Source: Eledone cirrhosa
Lineage: Eukaryota
Direction of reading: 5' to 3'
Length of the DNA: 64,000 nt
NCBI GenBank assembly: GCA_964016885.1
Contig: OZ024741.1
Coordinates: 175,522,001-175,586,000 of the forward strand
Shown: positions 56,553 through 64,000 of the stretch, piece by piece
Position numbering within the stretch: position 1 is the stretch's first letter
How the letters are laid out: every line of letters starts with the position of its first letter
Program-made: the position numbers and the translations under genes
Notes under the pieces: model-generated
Databases searched by the model: none
What the model was told of the DNA's origin: nothing
What the model saw: the letters and a program-made list of their open reading frames with translations, nothing else

Positions 56553-58356
56553 AGTCACGGAGCACCTCCGGGATATTCGTCTCGGGGGCAGTGCCACGGA
56601 ACACCCGCCCATCGCCTTACGGTCGAACAACGAACTGTCTTCATCTTACAGACCCACACTTCCCCCGGCCTGAACTCCCCACCCTTATTCCTTTAGCGTT
56701 CGACCGCCCCCCCTCCCCCTACACTTATACCCCACTAACACCACTAACACACCCATCCTTTTCGCCGCCCACCCCACACTAACAATACTAACACCTACAC
56801 CCCACCCCTCATCTGACCACCCTTCCCCAACAAACATACTAACATCCCTTCCGTCCCCTCTTCTCCTCCTCCCCCTCCTTATCACACGCACACACCCACC
56901 GGCACATGTATACACGCGCTCACACTAAACACACACCCTACTACCAGCACTAACCCTCACCCCCATGCCTCTCACCCCCACACCCCACACCCCCACACCT
57001 CCATCCCACCACCCCGCAACTAACCTCACTAACACCCCCTAACCCCAAGCACACGAACACACGCACCCACTTACACCGCCCACCCCACACGCAACTAACA
57101 TCACTAACACCCCCCAACCCCACGCACACGTACCCACACACCCTCGTACACCACCAACTCTACACACCCTACCACCTCTAACCCCCCACTCACACCTGCA
57201 TTCAACCCCTCCCCACCTCCCGTATACTAACACCCACTAACACCTCTTCATCAAACTACACACACACCAGTACACCACACTCCCTCCATAGAACCACACA
57301 CACCCTTCTCTCCCCGATCCACCCACACCCTTGCTCCACACTCACTCATCCCACACACCCCTACTAATACACACACACACACACACACACACACCTTCCT
57401 CACTCCAACTTTCACACCTACCCATCCTCGCCCCCTTACCATTCCACCGACTGCTGCTATGCCCTCTGACCACCTCCCAGCACTAACAGACCACAGCACT
57501 CCCACTGCTGACCACTTCCTGTTGCGCGCGCACCCCACATCTCTCCTCTTCCGACCACCGCTTCATGGATTACCCACACGCAGAAATTGACTTACAACCA
57601 ATCCACTAAACATCCTTGGAATTTACCAACTTTTCAACCATCCTCTTACGTAATCACCTATATAACTCACCCACACACACACCCCCAACACATTTTTTTC
57701 TCCACACGCCACCCTAAACCCACAACACGCTTAAACCCCACACACACGTGCTTTCCACCACATATTTACACCCTCAGCCTCCTGATTCTTCTGCCCCCAC
57801 CCCCTATCCACACACGCACATACACTCCGACCCACAAAAAAACCCCCCACACACACCTCTTCCTGAACATGCAACGCCGTTCTTCCCCCAACCCTTACTT
57901 TCACATACACACACATACACACACACGCACACCAACACACACACACCACCTTCAGCCCTCCCCGCTCGGACACCCCGTCTCCCTCTCCGCACTCCACCCG
58001 CCACCGCCCCTACTCACCCCACACACTTCCACCACCTGTTTACCCCCCTTTTAATTTCAGTTTATTTTGATCATGCCTTTATTTTTAAATTTATCTCATT
58101 CCTTGTATTTTGATCATGCTTTATTTTTATTTTTATCTTTATTTGTTATTTTTTCATTCGCACCGTTTCCTTTCGCTATATGTCTCTCCACCACTCCCCT
58201 ACACACCTTTTGAACTCTGTTCCCACACATTTCTCACCCGAGGAAGGGCTTATGCCCGAAACGTCGTCCCCACCTACACCCCACTCTCCTGAGCGTGAAA
58301 TTAATAAACATTTATTGTACTGCCTCTCTGTTTTGTCCCTGTTCAAATTTTTCCAT
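56553..58356 (+). mobile_element. PLE 3' fragment: deleted GIY-YIG end, long C/A-rich UTR, minimal HHR, AATAAA
   Basis: VTEHLRDIR and RLTVEQRTVFILQTHTSPGLN are typical PLE GIY-YIG C-terminal motifs; CCGAGGA-a-GGGC(ttat)GCCC-GAAACG-TC at 58238-58265. Confidence 0.75.
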
Positions 58357-58410
<54 letters not shown>

Positions 58411-58412
58411 TG

Positions 58413-58535
58413 AAGGCGTGTGGCTGAGTGGTTAGAGAATTGGATTCGCAATCGTAAGGTTGTGAGTTCGATTCCTGGACCAGGCGATGCGTTATGTCCT
58501 TGAACAAGACACTTTATTTCACGTTGCTCCTTCTA
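58413..58535 (+). mobile_element. tRNA-derived SINE family B 5' part
   Basis: A-box TGGCTGAGTGG, B-box GAGTTCGATTCC, then TGTCCTTGAACAAGACACTT. Confidence 0.8.
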
Positions 58536-58639
58536 CCTGGAGTTGCGACCGATAGATAGTATTAGCAATTGGAAAGACCAACGGAAACATTGTTCCCTCG
58601 GTCCGATTTGACGAAAGTCGATCGTTAAAAAATAAATAA

Positions 58640-58689
<50 letters not shown>

Positions 58690-59184
58690 TCTAGTACAGC
58701 ATTAACGAAGCTTTAGGCTGCGGCTAACTAACGAATACAAATTCGGAATGCTGCTTTAGCACTCGATGGAGAATAATACCCCAGAGTTATAACAATACGT
58801 TTTGACAGCTTTGCAAATCAAATATAACGATCGGCAACGAAAAAGACTGGACTCAGGAAAAGATTTTTGACTGACCTGGACCATCACATGGACATCGAAT
58901 GCAACACATAATGTATATCGTATAGCATACGATATACATCACATATAACATACAACATCCACGCTAGGTTTCTGTAAATCCGAGATCGACTAATTCCGCT
59001 TGCAGGGGTCTGCAAGTTAGTGGCCTTTGACGACAGAACAAAGGATTTACTTCGTCAACAAGTCTTGCGTTATATATATATATATATATCGTTTTTGAAT
59101 CTGTTTTGCAAGATCTCTTATCTGAAACGTGTGTTCAAACATATATTGTTATACTTTGGGAGCATGACCTTCCCAAAATATAAT

Positions 59185-59357
59185 AATTGTTTCTACTTTA
59201 GGCACAAGGCCACCAATTACACAGTACATTACTGGTACTTTATTTTATCGACCCCCGTAAGGATGAAAGGCAAAGTTAACCTCGGCGGGATTTGAACTCA
59301 GAGCGTAAAGGGACGTACCTATGCTAGAAAGCATGGCATCCAACTGATACTGCCAAT
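59185..59357 (-). mobile_element. SINE family A copy, next to a Naiad-like 3' terminus at 59088-59185
   Basis: Reverse complement of family A. Confidence 0.82.
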
Positions 59358-59484
59358 TAACACACATATATATATATATATATTTGTGTGTGTGTGTGTG
59401 TCTGTCTGTGTGTGTGTGTGCGTGTGTGCGTTTGTGTGTGTGTACATGACACTGACCTACGCACAACGATATGTGCAAACTTCC

Positions 59485-59755
59485 TTATGACCGACAAAAA
59501 TAGTGTGTATGAGATCGTATGTGGTATACAAGGTAACATGTAAAAAATATAGCTCATGGTACATCAGAAATACCGTCCGGATGCTTCACATACGAACAAA
59601 GGAGCACATGACGATGAGAGCTTCTATTAAAAAAACATCTTGACAGATGTTGCAGCCAAGACATTGAAGCCACCAAATAGGCGACGGAAAGGAATGTAGG
59701 CAATTTAAGAATTAGAGAGGCCATTATCACCAGTATATAAATAACAAGTCAAAAT
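59485..59755 (+). mobile_element. Degraded PLE GIY-YIG fragment
   Basis: Frameshifted NSVYEIVC..TCKKYSSWYIRNTVRMLHIRTKEH..KKHL..NLRIREAII. Confidence 0.7.
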
Positions 59756-60258
59756 GTACAAAGCAAATTGGCTTCCCGCATGCATATTTCAGACACAAAG
59801 GCCAGTAGGGGTAGAACCCTTCAATTTTTGTTTTTGTTTTGAATCGTTTCTGCTTCGCTTTTGAAAAGAGGGTTCTAACCTTGAAATATCATGTTGAAAT
59901 ATACTAGGTACAACATTACTTTGTTTTTCTCTATTTGTCATCCTTTCCATTTATATATTTCTACCATATTATATCGGCTTTTTGAACTTCATGCGTCATT
60001 TATTGCACACACACTCACGTTGCTGGCGAAAAAGCTTTTCAAAAAATATTCTCATCATTTAAAAATTTAATTTACATAATTTATACGAAATATAGTTAAG
60101 CATAAATAATTTAGACATATTTAAATGAATAACCTTTTATGAATGTGATGATAGAAATCAGAGAATCTACTGGGACTATTCTCTGTTTTGAAAACGAAAT
60201 ATCTTCGCAAAGACATTTATTAATAGAAACACATTCAAATGAAAATGAACAATTAATT

Positions 60259-60387
<129 letters not shown>

Positions 60388-60565
60388 AATATATATATAT
60401 ATAGAATACAATTAAGATTTAGCGTCAAGCATAGCTGTATACAGATATGTATTGGTATTTCTAAAGATTTTTACCTATAAACTTACCGTGTTTCTTTAGA
60501 AATACGAAATTCCAATATATATATATATGTATATATATTGGAATTTCGTATTTCTAAAGAAATAC

Positions 60566-60606
<41 letters not shown>

Positions 60607-61593
60607 AAACACACACACACACATATATATATGTATAAACACATATAAGTTTAAATAATTTGATAATACTATGTAATGGCAAAAACCGTTTTAATGCTTA
60701 ATGTGATTTTATAGTCCACAACAAGATGGGTAAAATAACAGTTCAGAGATTAATCCAATCGGTACATTTCCAATCACAATTGTGTTACAATTTCAAAGAC
60801 TACACACATCAATACTATAATAAAGGGAGAAGTGCGGGTCAGCGTCCGTTTTATATGTTTTAATCCCGTTAGTAAAATAAATCGGATTACTTTGAATAAA
60901 TAATTGTTTCTACTTTTGGCACAAGGCCAGCAATTATCCAGTACATTACTGGTAATGAATGAGTATTACATAATTTATGTACTAAATTGCATAGTAGTTG
61001 ATTTAACATAAATATTCTTATATATAATGATTGCTTATTTTAAGATTCACTTCTTTTCAAATTTTCAAATGTCAATACTTCCGGTTATGATATTATATCG
61101 TTTATATAAACGTTCATATATTTGCAACGTTATATCATAACGTTTATATTTCTGTCGTTAATTTTCTCCTTTTTGGTTTTAATTACATTTCACCGTAATG
61201 CAGTTTATATATAATATCGTCTTTTTTAAATGTATCATGGATTACTTTACTAATTATGGAAGACATTGTAACACTGTATCTCTTCAATTTCTGAGCATAT
61301 TGTCAATTACGATTTCATTTGACGTATCATATCTACATGCTTATAATATTTGCGTATATCAATATGCACGCTATACAGTCTAGAAGGGTGGTTTTTCTGC
61401 TTGTATATAGAACGAATAAAGATTAACAAAAATTTCAATTAAATCATTTTATTGAGTTACGTCCGTTTCTGTAGACTAACAAGGATACTACATTCCTGTT
61501 ATGAAATTTTTTTAAGGAACCGACATTTTTATTCATAGTAATGTATGTGTGTGTATGTATATATATTTATGTGCATCTATGTAGATATGTTTG

Positions 61594-61631
<38 letters not shown>

Positions 61632-63429
61632 ATAGTGTGTGTCTGTGTGTATATGTGTATGTATGTGTATCTATATGTGTATGTATCAGTGTGTGTATAT
61701 ATGTATATATGGGTATATATATGCATATATTCATACATATGTATGTGTGTATTTGTGAGTATATATATATATATATGTATGAATGTCTCTGATTTCTGTT
61801 ATACTTTTACTATATTATAACCACTATTTCATTCTGAAAATAATCTTCTCTGTCAATACATCTTGAGTTATATGTTCCTTAGTCACTGAACTTTCACTTT
61901 ATTATAGATATATTTATTACTGCTGTATGCTTCTATAAATATTAATTTTATAACTCCAATTAATAGGTGCATTTGAACATATATGTTATAGTTGTATACC
62001 ACTAACTCCAATTTAGTGAAATGTATATACATATCAGTGAATGATAGTTAGTAAAATATCTATCGTTACTGAACATTGCATTTTACATTTTATCACTGAT
62101 AAATTTTAGTTACCTATTTAGGCTTCCATAAATGTTGCCCTTTTCCTAACGATATTTGTATAATATTGTTTATATTTTTCGCTCTCCAACTGGAAGTGAT
62201 GTACATGTAAGGTATATATGATTTGTATTTGATTAATACTGCTGAGATTATTCTAACAAGAATTGCATCTTTTTATTAGTCTAAAGAAACGGTCGTAAAT
62301 CAATTATATGATTTAATTAAAATCCTTGATAATCTTTATTCTTTTTCTGTATATATATATATATAATATAGAATAATCTCAGCAATATTAATTAAATACA
62401 AATCATATATACCTTACATGCACATGGTGAGTGAAAAATATAAACAATATTATACAAATATCGTTAGGAAAAGGGCAACATTTATGGAAGCCTAAATAGG
62501 TAACTAAAATTTATAAGTGATAAAATGTAAAATGCAATGTTAAGTAAGCAGTGGGAGATGAAGCAGAGGGGAGACATTGAATGTTTTTTATTCCATGTCA
62601 GACAATGTCTCCCCTCGGCTTCATCTCCCGCTACGTATTCCACGTGACCCATCGCCGGGAATCAACAATCGTATCCATGGTGGTTTTTATGGGAAATTAC
62701 TCAGAGGATCTGTATTTTGAAGTGTTATCAGTTGCCTGCTGTGTGCTTTAACATGGACGTCTCGCAAATATCGGATGACCTCTGTGAAAACAATGCCCCC
62801 TGCCGACGGCATGGATTAGTGGAATAAGTCCACCTAGAATATCAAAAACTAATAATCACTTTCATGCTTATTTCTTATAGCTGTTTAAGCTAAGGAGATA
62901 AAGGTAGTGTCCATGATCATTATTAGTATCTTCGAGGCTATTGGGAGGGAAGTTGGAAGTTATGCTAAAAATGGAAACATGGTCAGAATGCATGTAGCAG
63001 AGTGGACATCATTAATTGCACTAAGCGTCAAGTGGTGGTGTTAAACTGGGTGACAGCGTAAGACTACCAGCCAAGTAGGTCAAAGTAAGCTTGAAAAAAG
63101 ACCAAGAACCAAATGGAAATAATGAAAGGTATTTCACATGTCACTCAAACAAACGCGCCCATCTACTACCCTGTACTGGTACTTTATTTTAACGATCCTA
63201 AAAGGATAAAAGGCAAAGTTGACCTCTATAGGATTATTTCTGTTAATTTGTGTCAGCGAATCTATAAAGTATCCAGCATATAAAGGATTCTAGACATGGC
63301 AATCCCATCTTGGATCATATACTCACAAAACCGGAAAACAGAACATTCCATCAGAAATAATTGTTTTCTGATCATATTGAAAATAATAAATCTCTCCTTC
63401 CGTCAATATTCCATATTATATTCATCAGG

Positions 63430-63845
63430 CCACAGGTTATCCCCGGTTTCCTTGGCGTTAAGTGACTGAGAGTACAAGACTGTCCCTTGACAGGACGCAA
63501 GTCTATCACAGGTTTACCTCCCCCATTACTGCTAGTACTCACTCTCAGCTGAATGTACCAAAGTACGCAAAGTAAAGTGTTGAGCCCAAGACGACAACGC
63601 AGCAACCTGTCCAGGAATCGAAGACTATTTCTCGATTCCGCTATGGCTCATCTGCTCATCAATTCTTACTAGCATTTCCATGAGGCCAGCAATTTTGGGG
63701 AAGAAGAAAGTCGATTACATCGACCCCAGTACTTAACTTAACTAATACTTTATACGTCAAAGTTGCTCTCGGTTGGATTTGAACTGAGAACCTAGAAAGT
63801 CGTAACTAAATACCGAAAAGCTCTAATAACTCTACCGATCGGCCG
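63430..63845 (-). mobile_element. Degraded SINE B-like (63430-63660) and SINE A-like (63680-63845) copies
   Basis: Reverse B-boxes (GGAATCGAAG; GGATTTGAAC) and family-specific blocks. Confidence 0.6.
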
Positions 63846-64000
63846 CTTTTCTTCTTTACATTAATGACATAAAAAGAGCTCCGGATGAGTCTAATAAGAT
63901 GAACAAAATTCTTTAACTATATATCCCCCACCCTCAAGGTCTGATGATTAGTATAATCTTCTAGAACAGAATATAGTATAGAGAATTACGTGGAAAGATG

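Noticed and set aside
58413-58490. tRNA gene
   Set aside because: The tRNA-like head continues directly into a CORE-like SINE body and lacks a clean acceptor stem.

Overview
AT-rich eukaryotic DNA dominated by microsatellites ((TA)n, (CA)n, (ACT)n, (AAC)n, (ATT)n) and transposable elements. The repeat landscape and SINE types suggest an invertebrate, probably an octopus-like cephalopod (inference). No complete host gene is visible; there is one plausible terminal exon at about 7.6-7.9 kb, and almost all ORFs in the supplied track are microsatellite artefacts. Elements present: a decayed near full-length Tx1/L1-clade LINE (0.75-5.9 kb); several RTE LINE fragments, one ending in three C2H2-type fingers; a CRE-clade fragment nested inside another repeat; mariner/Tc1 derivatives; two tRNA-SINE families; and many Penelope-like element (PLE) pieces, including a Naiad-like PLE with an inverted pLTR (49.0-51.1 kb). 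The main unannotated signal is at the RNA level: more than ten type I hammerhead ribozyme (HHR) motifs read by eye. The best case is a non-coding element at 47967-48957 with two identical HHRs exactly 629 nt apart. This is a retrozyme-like unit predicted to give a 629-nt, possibly circular, RNA; it sits next to the Naiad-like PLE and has a diverged truncated copy at 16.7-16.95 kb that ends at the same 3' position. Fold-back palindromes centred on (TA)n tracts also recur. All structures were paired manually; no folding software or database search was run.
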